Shown: positions 1-13,289, counted from the first letter of the whole stretch. The stretch: 63,627 nucleotides of DNA, filler included, from Octopus bimaculoides (GCF_001194135.2; 7 parts of 7 records of this genome joined end to end with filler, not necessarily neighbours in it); one strand, 5' to 3'. Notes: generated by a model not told the origin, from the sequence alone. Translations and numbers: made by a program.

Positions 1-33
<33 letters not shown>

Positions 34-204
34 ATCATCATCATTTAACATCCATTGTCCATGCTGGCATGGGTTGGACAGTTTGGCAGGAGTTGGCCAG
101 CTGAAGAGCTGCCAGGGCTCCATGTCTGTATTGGTATGGTTTCTATGGCTGGATGCCCTTTCTAATGCCAACCACTTTACAGAGCGTGCTGGGTGCTTTT
201 TATG

Positions 205-743
205 TGCTATGCTTGAGCTGCATTTCCATCTTGGGGAAGAGATGGAAGTCTGCAGGTGCTAAATCTAGCAAATAAGGTGGGTGTGGAAGTGTTGTTTTGG
301 GTGAGAAACTCATGAGTGAAGAGAGCTCGGTGACAGGGTGCACTGTCGTTGTGAAGGGTCCAATTCTTCACACTCCACAGATCTGGTCACTTTTGCCAAA
401 TGTCCTCCCTCAAATGCTTCAAACCATCACAATAGAACACTTGATTGACAGTCTGGCCCTGGGAGATGAATTTTTCAATGCATAATACCACATTTCCAGG
501 GAGTGATGCTCATGACAGGTCTTCCAGATCACTTATCTTCCACTTTTGAAGCACCCATGTCACTGAAAGCATTGCATATGACCCATTGCCTCATTGCTTG
601 TGAAGTAAACACAGTGATGTCACTAGGCACACTGCCTCATGAAGGTTAAAGGTTACTGCTAGCTATCACTGTGCACGCAACCATGAGCTGCCATCTGTTG
701 GCACGCTACAGAACTAGTCCAAGAACCTTTTGATACCACCTCG
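205..743 (-). mobile_element. Internally deleted mariner element (irritans-like TIR) with transposase remnant
   Basis: The minus strand begins TA-CGAGGTGGTATCAAAAGG. Remnant translation reads GQTVNQVFY...WTLHNDSAPCHRAL...LPHPPYLLDLAPADFHLFPKM, a decayed HHDNAP-H / HPPYSPDLAPSD motif set. Confidence 0.8.
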
Positions 744-900
744 TAATATTTAATTATGAAAATATAAAAGGAATTTTTTTAAACATTGAATGGCTTGGAG
801 GGTCCAGCCAAGTAAAATACAAATAAAATAGGCCCATAGATTAAAAATGGTCAAGAAGCACTGCGTTTGAGATTGAAATTCTCTCTCTCACTGTAAAATA

Positions 901-1129
901 TTGGGTTGTCCGGAAAGTTCATACCGATTTTTAAAAGGAAAGAAAAAGGTCAATAAATACTTGCCATTACATTTTTAATCAACCAAATATGAACCATTTT
1001 GTTGCACAATGTGTCTCTATCTTTCCTTTAGCTTGAAAATACCCTCTTCCCAGAATTGAGGTGGTTTCATGGCAAATAAGTCGAAAGGTAAGCTACTATA
1101 AATCGGCACGAACTTTCCAGACAACCCAA
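901..1129. mobile_element. Mariner-derived MITE with about 30-bp TIRs and TA TSD
   Basis: Left TTGGGTTGTCCGGAAAGTTCATACCGATTT and right AAATCGGCACGAACTTTCCAGACAACCCAA, each flanked by TA. The interior holds a transposase C-terminus remnant on the minus strand. Confidence 0.88.
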
Positions 1130-1515
1130 TATAATAAAAGAAGAAACTAATAAAAAACTAATAAAACACATGGTAACCACAAATAAAAATAAATACAAAA
1201 GATGTTAGCCACACATACAGACTTGCCCTTTCAGGTGTTGGTGCCACTTAAAAAGCACCCATGACATTTCTGCATCAATGCACCTATGCCAGAGCTGCAT
1301 AGATGCACCTGTGCTTGTGGCATGTAAAAAGCACCCAGCACACTGTTAAGTGGTTGGCATCAGGAAGGGCATCCAGCCATAAAAATCATGCCACAACAGA
1401 CAGTTGGAATCTGAACAGCTCCCTGCCAGCCAGCTCCATGTCAAATCATCCAATCCATGCCAGCATGGAAAGGGGACGTTAAACAATGATGATGATGATG
1501 ATAATGGTGATGATT

Positions 1516-1821
1516 TCAGAGATGAAAGAAAGGTTGTAACATTATATCATGGTCATATGCTTTAAGAAGAATATAAACAACAAATATTTTAGAATCACCT
1601 GTTGTGGATAGCACACCTGCCCGTTGAGCAGTTTTGTACAATGGACTGGTATAGTCTGACTCTAAAATTACAACATTAGGCGAAGGCTCCAGGTGCATCA
1701 TTGGTAACGAAGCAGTCATTTCACCTGGCCTAGAATCTGCTAATATCATGTTATTAATGTCCCAACCGAATCCATCCATGAAGAGTCCATGCACCAAAAC
1801 ACCATCTTTTATTTTCTCAAT
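1516..1821 (-). CDS. DNAH6: Axonemal dynein heavy chain C-terminal exon, DNAH6-like (IEKIKDGVLVHGLFMDGFGWD...PLYKTAQRAGVLSTTG...)
   Basis: Acceptor ttacag before 1821. The motifs DGVLVHGLFMD-W and PLYKT-RAGVLSTTG are diagnostic of inner-arm dynein heavy chain C-termini. The paralogue assignment is from memory. The 3' end is either the stop at 1516 or a GT donor near 1598. Confidence 0.8.
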   Translation of the reverse strand: MEKIKDGVLVHGLFMDGFGWDINNMILADSRPGEMTASLPMMHLEPSPNVVILESDYTSPLYKTAQRAGVLSTTGDSKIFVVYILLKAYDHDIMLQPFFHL

Positions 1822-1904
1822 CTGTAATGAAACATCAAAAGAGAGCCATGAGACACAACTTGCACAAACTGGTCATCTTTTATCATATATCTTTTACCTT
1901 TAAC

Positions 1905-2352
1905 TTGTTTCAGTCATTAGACAACAGCCATGCTGGGGCACTGCCTTGAGAAATTTTAGTCAAATGAATCAACCCAAGTACGTATTCTTTTTAAGCCTGG
2001 TACTTATTGTATCAGTGTCTTTTGCTGAACTGCTAAGTTATGGGGATGTAAACACACTAACACCAGTTGTCAAGCAGTAGTAGGGGGACAAACACAGACC
2101 CAAAGACACAGACACACATTTATGTGCACGTGCATGCACACACTTACACACATACACACACACACATACACACACATATACACACACACACACACATGAC
2201 AGACTTCTTTCAGTCTCTATCTATCAAATTTGATCACAAGGCTTTGGTCAGACCAAGGCTATAGCAGAAGACACTAGCCCAAGGTGCCATGCAGTGGGAC
2301 TGAACCCGGAACCATGTGGTTAGGAAACAAACTTCTTACCACACAGCCACAC
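1905..2352. repeat. SINE-like family with an internal (CA/TA)n tract
   Basis: Shared blocks TTTCAGTCATT-GACTGCGGCCATGCTGG and AACCATGTGGTT-GGAAGCAAACTTCTTACCAC. Other copies at about 4985-5358, 6160-6770, 17330-17470, 47956-48712, 56785-56910, 60705-60868. Confidence 0.8.
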
Positions 2353-4269
2353 CTGAGTAATTTCTTTAAAATAACATGGCACAAGCAATACATAAATTCC
2401 TTTTTTTTTGTTTTGAAAGCTACCATCAAAAGTAAAATGTAACTACAAGCAAAGAAGCCTTGTTCAACCTGCTAGAAATTGCAGCCAAATCTTCCTCAAA
2501 TCCCAGTTTACAGCATTTTGGAAATAGACACATTGATAATGTGGTCCTAGACAGATTGTGGCTGAATAAAAAATAATGATGGTAAAGACTAAATAAATGT
2601 AAATTTACCTTTTTGAGTCATACCGAATCATAAGGGCTGGTTTCCTGATTTCATGGCGTATATATATTCCCCACCTGGATGGGATGGACTAGAACAACAC
2701 GAAATGAAGTGTTTTGCTCAAGAGCACATCATGTCACCCAGTCCAAGAATCAAAACCACAATCTTACAATCATGAGTTCAATACCCTAACCACTAAGCCA
2801 TACACCTCCACATGGTAAAGACTGGGGTGCCTTTGACTGTAGGTCTGCTCAATGAGAATGGATGCACAGTTAAATGATGAAGGAAACCACTATGAGATTA
2901 TCCAAATTCTTTGTTATCGTGGATCAAATCTACCTGGATGCAAACACTGCTATCTTCAAAGGAATGAGATATTGACTATAGCTTAGTGGTTACAGCATCA
3001 GACTCACAAACAAGAGGCAATGAGTTTGACTCCTGGACCAGGCTGTATGTTGTGTCCTAGAGGGAGACTTTATTTCACATTGCTCCAGTTCACTCATCTG
3101 TAGAAATGAGTTGTGATGTCACTGGTGCCAATCTGTATTGGCCTTTGCTCTTCCCTTGGATAACATCAGTGCCATGGAGAGGGGAGGCTCCGTATGCATG
3201 CTTGGACTTGTGACTTGGAGGGTAACTTTCTAGGTGCAACCCCATGGTCGTTCATGACTGAAAGGGTCCTTTAGTCATAAATACATTTTGTCTGACCAAA
3301 GAAAGAGGGTCATGGCTGAAACACATAAAGCCATTCCTCTCTATGATCACAACTGATATTGGGTTATGCAAAAATACCAACCAACTTTCAAAATTAGATA
3401 AAACCACTATTACTACTACTANNNNNNNNNNNNNNNNNNNNNNNNNNNNNNNNNNNNNNNNNNNNNNNNNNNNNNNNNNNNNNNNNNNNNNNNNNNNNNN
3501 NNNNNNNNNNNNNNNNNNNNNNNNNNNNNNNNNNNNNNNNNNNNNNNNNNNNNNNNNNNNNNNNNNNNNNNNNNNNNNNNNNNNNNNNNNNNNNNNNNNN
3601 NNNNNNNNNNNNNNNNNNNNNNNNNNNNNNNNNNNNNNNNNNNNNNNNNNNNNNNNNNNNNNNNNNNNNNNNNNNNNNNNNNNNNNNNNNNNNNNNNNNN
3701 NNNNNNNNNNNNNNNNNNNNNNNNNNNNNNNNNNNNNNNNNNNNNNNNNNNNNNNNNNNNNNNNNNNNNNNNNNNNNNNNNNNNNNNNNNNNNNNNNNNN
3801 NNNNNNNNNNNNNNNNNNNNNNNNNNNNNNNNNNNNNNNNNNNNNNNNNNNNNNNNNNNNNNNNNNNNNNNNNNNNNNNNNNNNNNNNNNNNNNNNNNNN
3901 NNNNNNNNNNNNNNNNNNNNNNNNNNNNNNNNNNNNNNNNNNNNNNNNNNNNNNNNNNNNNNNNNNNNNNNNNNNNNNNNNNNNNNNNNNNNNNNNNNNN
4001 NNNNNNNNNNNNNNNNNNNNNNNNNNNNNNNNNNNNNNNNNNNNNNNNNNNNNNNNNNNNNNNNNNNNNNNNNNNNNNNNNNNNNNNNNNNNNNNNNNNN
4101 NNNNNNNNNNNNNNNNNNNNNNNNNNNNNNNNNNNNNNNNNNNNNNNNNNNNNNNNNNNNNNNNNNNNNNNNNNNNNNNNNNNNNNNNNNNNNNNNNNNN
4201 NNNNNNNNNNNNNNNNNNNNNNNNNNNNNNNNNNNNNNNNNNNNNNNNNNNNNNNNNNNNNNNNNNNNA

Positions 4270-4560
4270 GATGTTGCTGCTATGACCACCGTCTAAAACT
4301 AAATGTAGCCACCACTACCACTACCTAAAATTAGATGTAACTACCACCACCACTACCATCTAGAGTTGTAGCTACCACCACTTCTACCATCTAATTCAGA
4401 TGTTGCTGCTATGACCACCGTCTAAAACTAAATGTAGCCACCACTACCACTACCTAAAATTAGATGTAACTACCACCACCACTACCATTTAAATTTAGAT
4501 ATAGCTACCATCACCACTACTATCTAATTCATATGTAGTTACCATTACTGTCATCCATAT
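4270..4560. repeat. Minisatellite with 128-bp higher-order period built from about 30-35-bp monomers
   Basis: AGATGTTGCTGCTATGACCACCGTCTAAAAC starts at 4270 and again at 4398. Adjacent to an 848-N gap. Confidence 0.85.
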
Positions 4561-4882
4561 TTAGATGGAGCTCTTCTGAACGTTAATTATTGAAAGTTTA
4601 AGTAAGAGTTAGCCATGCTTTAAATTTGGCAAAGTTAATCGTGTGTCATCTCATCTGTGAAGTCAAATGTTTCTAAGCTCAAATTTCCATTTCTTTCCAC
4701 TCCTGTGTATTCCTAAATATAGCCACAACAGCCAAATACTTTAATGCCAAGACAGTCTTATTTATTTATCTATCTATTTATTTGTTTTTCTGATCTGTTA
4801 CCCATAGCAAATTTAGCACATGTGCATACACACACACTCACATGTACACCTACACATCCATCACACTCACACACAGACAAGC

Positions 4883-4914
<32 letters not shown>

Positions 4915-6396
4915 ACATGCACACACACACACACATACAGACATACAGTTGTAGGGAAAATTTACTCTTTTAACCCATTTTATTCTTTCGTTTCAGTCAT
5001 TTGACTGCGGCCATACTGGAGCACTGCCTTTAGTCGAACAAAATCAACCCGAAGACTTAATCTTTGTAAACCTAGTCTTTATTCTATCAGTTATGTTTGC
5101 CAAACCCTTAAGTTACAGGGATATAAACACACCAGCATCGGTTGTCAAGCGATGGTGGGAGGACAAACGCAGACACACACACAAATACACACACACAGAT
5201 ATACATCAGGTTTCCTTCAGTTTCCATCAATCAAATCCACTCACAAGGCTTCGGTGGACTTGAGGCTATAGTAGAAAACACTAACCCAAGGTGCCACACA
5301 GTAGGACTGTACCTGGTACCATGTGGTTAGGAAGCAAGCTTCTTACCACACAGCCACTTCTGTTGAAACACAGTTTTTGTTTCAGTTAAGTTTGAAAATA
5401 ATAAAGAATTTCTTAAATTGTTATAAAATCTAGACAGAAGTTTTTTAATTAAGATCACTTTTAACCCTGTAGCATTTAAACCAGCCATATCTGACTCAAA
5501 TATTTTAACTGCTTTATGTTCAAACTGGCCGGATTTGGCCTCTCTTACCTTCACTACAATATCATTGCAAAATGAAACAATCACATTGCCACACAATCAA
5601 AGCTACAAAATAATGGATGGTAATTCAAAACAATGTGAATAGATAAGCATTACATTTCACAGAGAAAGTGTGTGGTTTAGTGATTTGGGTATTTGGTTCA
5701 TGATCATAAGGTCATGAGTTCAGTTCCTGGTGATGCATTGCTCCAGTCCACTCAGCCAGCAAGAATGAGTAGTACCTGTATTTCAAAGGGCCAGCCTTGT
5801 CATACTATGTGTCATGCTGAATCTCTCTGAGAACTATGTTAAGTATACGTGCCTATAGAGTGCTCAGCCACATGCATGTTAATTTCATGAGCAGGCTGTT
5901 CCATTGATTGGATCAACTGGAACCCTCGTCGTCATAACTGACAGAGTGTCGGTGGTATGTTTGACAGAGTAATTTGAATGCTAAAAGGTTAAACAAAGTT
6001 TGTATTATAGACTCAGGGTTGATTTCAAGCTGGTTGGTACCAAAAGGGTTAAAGTCTTGGAATTTCAATAAAAACTCTTGAGAAAACAAAGTGTGTAACA
6101 CGTAGCTTATAATATAATCATCAAGGTCAAAGCAGTGAGCTGGAAGAATAATTAGTAGGCACAGGTGTAGCTATGTAAGAATCTTGTTTCCCAACCACAG
6201 AGTTCCAGGTTCAGTCCCACTGTGCGGCACCTTGGGTGAGTGTCTTCTACAATAGCCTCAGGTCAACCAAAGGCTTGTGAGTGGATTTGGCAGATGGAAA
6301 CTGAAAGAAACCTGTTGTGTGTGTGTATATATATATGTATGTATGTATATTATGTATATATGTATATTATGTATATATGTATATTATGTATGTATG

Positions 6397-6436
<40 letters not shown>

Positions 6437-7799
6437 GTGTGTGTGTGTGTGTGTGTGTGTGTCTGTGTGTGNNNNNNNNNNTATGTCTGTGTGTGTGTGT
6501 CTCTGTGTGTGTGTCTGTGTGTGTGTGTGTCTGTGTGTGTGTGTCTGTGTGTGTGTGTCTGTGTGTCTGTGTCTGTGTTTGTACCCCCACCATCACTTGG
6601 TAACTGATGTTGGTGTGTTAACAACCCCGTAACTTAGTGGTTCAGCAAAAGAGACTGATAGAATAAATACCAGGCTTACAAAGACCAAGTCCTGGAGTTG
6701 ATTTCTTCGACTAAAAAACCCTTAAAGGTGGTGTCTTAGCATGGCCACAATCAAATGACCGAAAGAAGCAAAAGAGTGCCAGGCAAAAATGCTTAGTGGC
6801 TTTTCAGCTGTGTCTTTATGTTCTGAGTTCAAATTCCACTGAGGTTGAATTTGCTTTCATCCTTTTGGAGTCAATAAATTAAGTACCAGTTGAACAATGG
6901 GAGATTGATATAATTGACGTACCCCTCCCCCAGAATTGAAGGCCTTGTGCCAAAATTCAGAATCAATATACACATCAAGGTCATTTTTCAGAATATCAAA
7001 CTTTTTAAGAATAATTTTGAAAACCTTTTCTATCACCATCCCTCAGAACACTACAGTTCAATATGAAAATTATTAGAAATGAATGCAATACATAACAGGA
7101 TGGAAGAATTAATAGTTTGGAAGTCAGATAATGTTCCATTGCTATCTAGAACAAACTCAGTATTGAAACACTCCTAGAAGTTCTTTTATTTGGTTCCACA
7201 GGGAAGAGACAAAAGTTCCTAGCAAGTTACTTATCTTGATTAACAGAACTTATTACTTTCTTTCATAAGGCTTCAAGATGGTACAAATTCTATGAGAAAT
7301 CCAACACCAATAACCAGCAAGTGAAAATAGATACAACATCATTCCTATGAGATCTTCTCTGTTTACGAAATAACATACAGACTTACAGAATTAATAAAGA
7401 ACTGGAATTGAATTGGTATGTCTCTCCTTCGAGAATTTCAATCTCAGGTAGATTTCTCTTTACAGGAAAATATTTTGGAAAACCTAGAAACTATTCCATA
7501 ATCAGTAGATGAATCTCTGATACTGCTGATGACTAGGTCGGCTGCTTGTAAACACATTAGGTAAAATAAGCTAAACAGGGGTTTGACTATTTTGGAAGTT
7601 AAGTTAAAGATGTCTCATGATAACAACAGTAATGAATAAGCCATTCGGAGAAAATGTTGAAGTGAATAATAAGATTAGAGGATGTACTAAAGAAAAAAAA
7701 ATGTGAGCAAGAGGTAGCTGTCTAACTGTTAAGAAGTCTTACTTATTCAGCTGCTTTCTGATGCTGTAGCAATTGGATATTAAAAATGAATAACATGAT

Positions 7800-7866
7800 C
7801 ATTTTATTATTATTATTATGATTATTATTATTATTATTATCATTATTATCATTATCATTGTTATTA

Positions 7867-7900
<34 letters not shown>

Positions 7901-7932
7901 CATTATTATTATCATTATTATTATTATTATTA

Positions 7933-8002
<70 letters not shown>

Positions 8003-8004
8003 CA

Positions 8005-8035
<31 letters not shown>

Positions 8036-8042
8036 TATTAAT

Positions 8043-8115
<73 letters not shown>
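7800..8115. repeat. (TTA)n microsatellite with TCA interruptions
   Basis: Direct reading. Confidence 0.97.
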
Positions 8116-8117
<2 letters not shown>

Positions 8118-8429
8118 TAGTTTTANNNNNNNNNNNNNNNNNNNNNNNNNNNNNNNNNNNNNNNNNNNNTTAATTAATTAANNNNNNNNNNNNNNNNNNN
8201 NNNNNNNNNNNNNNNNNNNNNNNNNGAGAGAGACAAACACATACATACATTCGTACATACATGGGCGGATAGATAGATAGATAGATACATACATACTTAC
8301 ATATATACATACATACATACATACAAACGTGAATTTGTCTTTGTTAACTACATCCCGTAGATGGAGCCTTGTATCTTTGTTGGAAACCGGCTCCCTCCTC
8401 AGTGGAAGATTTATAATAATTAAAAAATA

Positions 8430-9100
8430 GAAGTGACATACATACATAAACCTGAAGCCAAAGTAATAAGAATCTACAGTATGGTAAAAGCCATAGTTAC
8501 ACATAACGAAAAGGAGTACTGGTGGAATGTTGGAGTGAAAACCTCAATAAAACATAGTAACTGGGGATGGAGAAGAGAAACTGTGAACAGTTGTGGAAAT
8601 CAGCTGTCCAGCAGATGTTAGCATAAAGCTAAAGATCAGCGAAAAAGAAGATACCTACGCTGAACTATTAAAGAATCAACAGCTACTCTAATCTACAGCT
8701 ACTCTAACAGATTTATATCTTTAATTATTGGAGCACTGAGATATGTAAAACTCTGCCTAAATACCAATCTTGAGAAATTAGGTTCCTCAAAACCAGAAAG
8801 AAGAAAGCTGATTCGAAGACTACAGATCTAAGCCATCACTGGAACTGTAAAAATCTGCAAAACTTTCAAGAAGTTTATCAATCAAGTATATATGAGCATA
8901 TCTAGATACGTAAATAAGCATAAGAAGACATACATAAAACAAGACATACAAATCTGCACATATACATACATATATACGAAAGTACCCTGTTGATATTGTT
9001 GAAGTTCCAATGAGGGAGCCTTGCATCTAGGTTGGAAACTGGCTCCTTCTCTATTGGCAAGAAATCTTGAAGTAAAACTGAATAATGACCCACATACACA
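8430..9100 (+). mobile_element. REL-endonuclease LINE 3' end with 3' UTR
   Basis: Translation VEISCPADV...EKEDTYAEL...IIGAL...RRLQI*AITGTVKICKTF. A related 3' UTR copy (GAGCCTTG..GTTGGAAAC(C/T)GGCTCC) is at about 8300-8420. Confidence 0.7.
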
Positions 9101-9959
9101 TTCCCTCACTTTTTTTTATTTTCATTTTTAATGACATTATTTCTGGTGTTTGTAAAAGTTAATGACACCGGATGTGGTTTTAGCTCTGTTTGGGTTTTAT
9201 CTTACATCATTTTTTGTGCTACCTGGATAACAACAAGTAGTTCTTCTACTTAACATTCTTGCTATTTTATTTTGGTTAGTTCGATTCTCTATCAAAATAT
9301 CCGAGTTAAGATTCTGAAATGTGAACTTACAATGGTACAAGAACGAGAAAATTCATTTTTCTTTCATTTTCAGTAATGGAGCTCCAGAAAGATAGGTTTT
9401 TAAAGCTTGTTGCTGGGTTTCTCTTGAAGTTTCCATACTTGCCGTAGGAGACCAACTTCTTCAAGTTTTAAATTTAATTTTACTACTTCTTAATTTTATA
9501 TGCTTCGTTTTTTGCTGTTGTTTAAATTTTATTTACTGCCAGAAAGTACAGTATATGATTTTGTACGTCTATATATTCGTGACGAATATGCATCGGAAAT
9601 AGCATAGAACGTAAGAAATTTCGAGAATAATTCTTTTTTTGCTGATTATATTTTACAGCTTAGAATCTGCCAGATAAAAATGTCTATATGTATATGTTCG
9701 TGACGAACAGGTGTCGTAAGCAGCGTATAAGCATGCGATAGATAGGTAAATAGGATTCAGATATATTCAAATAGCAAGGTAAAATAAAACTGAGATACAA
9801 ATGTAAAACTAACCCTATCCATCCCTGCAGAAATGGGAGCCGGTGGATGAGTGGAATTCTAATATATATATATATACTAGCATACCGGTGTTATGAAATC
9901 TGCCGACAGTTTAATTAATAGGGAAAAGACATTGATAAATATTATCAATTGAGTAAACA

Positions 9960-10170
9960 TCAGGAAAACTCAAGCCATATCCAACCTGAATTTCCACAGG
10001 GTGGACTGGCAGTCAATTCGCAAAGAGATTCGAAATCAAAACTGGCATGACAGTCTTTCTATACAAAACAATGACCTCAAACTAAGTCATTTTATGTCAA
10101 CCATACAAGACATATGCGCCAAATATGTGCCAAAAAGAAAGGCCAGCAAACATGCAAACAATGAAAAATA
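9960..10170 (+). mobile_element. CR1/L2-type LINE linker fragment
   Basis: Translation LNFHRVDWQSIRKEIRNQNWHDSL...ICAKYVPKRK resembles the segment between the endonuclease and RT. Confidence 0.55.
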
Positions 10171-10664
10171 AAAACATTTACCAATCATAGGGCATATACT
10201 GGATTGTCTTGTCTTTATATGTTTAATCTGCGTATACCTGCTGACGAAGACTTCACCTGGCAAATTATTGTATTCGCCTAAATNNNNNNNNNNGTTTTTT
10301 TTTTTTTTTATTTTTCATTCCTTTCGAAATTTTATCACAAATAGTGGATTGGAACTTAGCTGTTCTTTCTAGCGTGAGGGAATCCTATGAGGGATACCTC
10401 TTATGTGTTTAAATGTACACTGTATATATAAATATACAAATGGTTATTGAGCTGAGGTTGGTGTCAGTAATATATGTGAAGTGTTGACAAAGGGAATCGG
10501 TTATTTCTTATTCGTAATTATGAAGGGAAACATACGGGAACCGGCGTAATGCAGATCATTCGGGGAACGAGGACAGAAGTGTGGGGGGAGGGGCACTGAG
10601 ATTGTTGTAGGGTAGCAGAGACTTTTTGCAGACTAAAATAGCACGCTGGCAACGTGCCATGATT

Positions 10665-11045
10665 TAATAACTCTTTCTAGTATTGGTAGAAGACTTGAAA
10701 TTTTGTGGGGAGGGGGTTGAACCCAGTGCTCCACTGGTGCTTATTGTACATTGACTCTTGCGCTCTGTGTTCGAATTCCGCCGAGGTCCACTTCACCTTT
10801 CATCCTTTCGGAGTAGTTGAAATAAGTACCAGTTATGCACTTGGGTCGATGTAATCGACTAGTCCCCTTCCCCTAAAAAATTTTTCGAGGATTTGTGCCT
10901 AGAGTAGAAAGAATTATATTATCAACTGTAAAAGAATGAACGACAAAGTCGATCTCGACTGAATTCGAATTCAGAACGTAAGGAACCGGAACATAAGCTG
11001 CACAACATTTTGCTTGACGTGCTACCGATTCAGCCAGCTCACCTA
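10665..11045. repeat. SINE-like family (AGTACCAG / GAAAGGATGAAAGGCAAAGTCGAC core)
   Basis: Copies in both orientations at about 6780-6960, 18500-18870, 25785-25975, 34885-35320, 42045-42240, 56345-56555. Confidence 0.8.
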
Positions 11046-11489
11046 CCGTGACTTAAACATAAAAGAATAAAGTAAACACGATTAATTTTATTATTTCATT
11101 CCTATAAGTACACTGCAATGATACAAATTAGTGAGATTTATTTTTTAAGTAAATAATCACAATTTTTTATATTGTTTCTCTCCTGAACAAGTAGTGCTCA
11201 TGGAGTTGTGCCATTGAAATGTACGTAAAGGAATGAAGTAATTAAATGAAGTAATTAATCGGTCTTATAGTTCTCTTGCTGTTCAATCATTATATGTACC
11301 GTGTGCTTCTTACAGTCTGTGCATCTGAATCATACAATTATGTGATATTTTTCAGGCGTATGTATTGAACTGCAACAGAGGATATGTACAAATCGATGGT
11401 TATATACCTGCCTTATAGAGACTCATTAGCAAAACCTATGACTTTAAACTGCATCCAGAAGTAAAAAAAGTAAAGTTACCTTCGTGAGT

Positions 11490-11705
11490 TATGCCGACTC
11501 ATAGGAACCGGTTTCCCGGTTTCCATGGTGAATAATTTCCCCACCTGGAAAGGGACGCCGGTCTGTCGCAAGATTTTACTCATTTTTACCAGCTGAGTGG
11601 AATGAAGCAACCCGAAATTAAGTGTTTTGCTCAAGAACACAACGCGTCGCCCGGTCCAGGAATCGAAACCACAATCTTAAGATCTTAACCACTAATCCGC
11701 GCCCC
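11490..11705 (-). repeat. tRNA-headed SINE-like family (GTGTTTTGCTCAAGAACACAAC core)
   Basis: Related copies at about 2610-2810, 2985-3262, 46565-46800, 60355-60610. Confidence 0.7.
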
Positions 11706-12408
11706 ACTACATCCAGCAGTGGGGACCTACTTCAGTATTTCCAGGGTTTCGAGAAGTGGTCACCACCTCTTAGTCACTATTGTAGCCAGAGCTACTCTGA
11801 GCCGGAACAATAGCATGTGTCAGGGTCCCAGCTATAGATTAACTACTATATGTGATGACACTCCATCTGAGTACGATGGCGCAAAACTATACTTGCTTCA
11901 TGTCAGGTCGTAAAACCAGTAAAAGTAGTGGTCAGTGACGGTCTCCTAGATGGTGTCACAGTCCTTCTGGAGAAGAACATTTTGATGTAAGACCTGCGGT
12001 TTTAAATGATTGCTGGTTATCTCACTTTCGCTTGTCACTGGGTACAAACTTCGGAGTCTCAGAAAGCCGTACTCGTTTTGTACAAGTATTTATCACTGTA
12101 ATCCAGTGATGAGGCAATGTCACTTGAACATGACCTTGTTTTTCTACTGAAAGTCCTATGGTGATAGGAAAAGGCGGAACGTGCAGACCTAACCAGTCGG
12201 AAATGCACAGTTAGTTACAACTTTAGTCTATCACCCATGCTTCAAATCAAGAAGATGTGTAACAGGACTGAATAGTCACCTGAGTGGTCATGAATAGAAA
12301 GTCATAAATACTATTGACAGTCGGGAAACATAATGAGATGGTCATCTAATGAGATGGACCAATCAGTCAATCAATCAATCAATCAAGCAAGCAATCAATC
12401 AATCAATC

Positions 12409-12460
<52 letters not shown>

Positions 12461-13289
12461 AATGGATTAGTAAATTTTCCTTTGTTTACAGTTAACACGG
12501 AAAATTTGGAGTTAAACGCAGGTGTTATTCAAATTCTTTTACTTCCGACATATGTTTCGAAGACAACATTGGTATTACTCAAAAGGAATAAAATGGTATA
12601 AAATAATGTAATCTTCTCATCAGGGAAAGAAAGAGAATCAAACTCAACAATAAGACATTTTAACAAATGTGATGACTGTGTAAATGATGAACAGAACGCT
12701 ATTAAGTATTTAAAAAAACAGTTAGTAGATATGACGTCAAAGGTAGCGCATATGAAGAGAAGGGGTAAAGAAATCAATAAGGAGAGAAGTAATAAAGGAG
12801 AAATATAAAGTGATATGTGAGTTAAACAAATGTTCAAAGGCTTGGAAATAGATATCTCTATTGGAAGTAGAGTGAGAGAAGAACTAAATGCTCAAACTAT
12901 ATAGATGAGTAGAAATCACCTATATGAGCTAAAGGTGTGTTTCTGTGTATATGAAAAAGTGGTTGTCTGTGTGTCTGTGTATCTGTCATTCCGGATTCTT
13001 CTCCGAAACTAGTCGACTTTTTTTTTTTTGAAACTTCATATTGGTGCATTTTTGGTCGAGACGGGTCGTGATGCTATTGATTTTTTCATATTGATATCGG
13101 ATCTCCCCGAAAAATCGATAAATCAATATTAATTTTATTTCAATAGTTGTCCGATTCTGATCAAACACAACATGCTTATGCATTGTTATCTCAGGAGTTT
13201 AATAGCGTCATTAGTTTTTTTCAAATTCCGTTTCGTTTGAGCACAGGATGAGAAGAACCGAATCAAAAAATGCCCTTTTGGACATAGCG

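Noticed and set aside
3252-4296. Long ORFs made of X (also near 16154, 39246, 44951, 48616, 57797)
   Set aside because: They only span N gaps.
8170-8181. TTAATTAATTAA islands inside N runs (also 15421, 36494, 55413, 58464, 60913)
   Set aside because: An identical 12-mer centred in 100-nt gaps that places stops in all six frames. It is an assembly spacer, not biology.
7799-8181. Poly-I/L/N/K/E/H-T/C-V ORFs here and throughout the window
   Set aside because: These are translations of microsatellites.
9325-9440. Minus-strand METSRETQQQALKTYLSGAPLLK with a nearby GTAAGT donor
   Set aside because: The frame stops (GAA AAA TGA) before the donor, and no protein is recognised.
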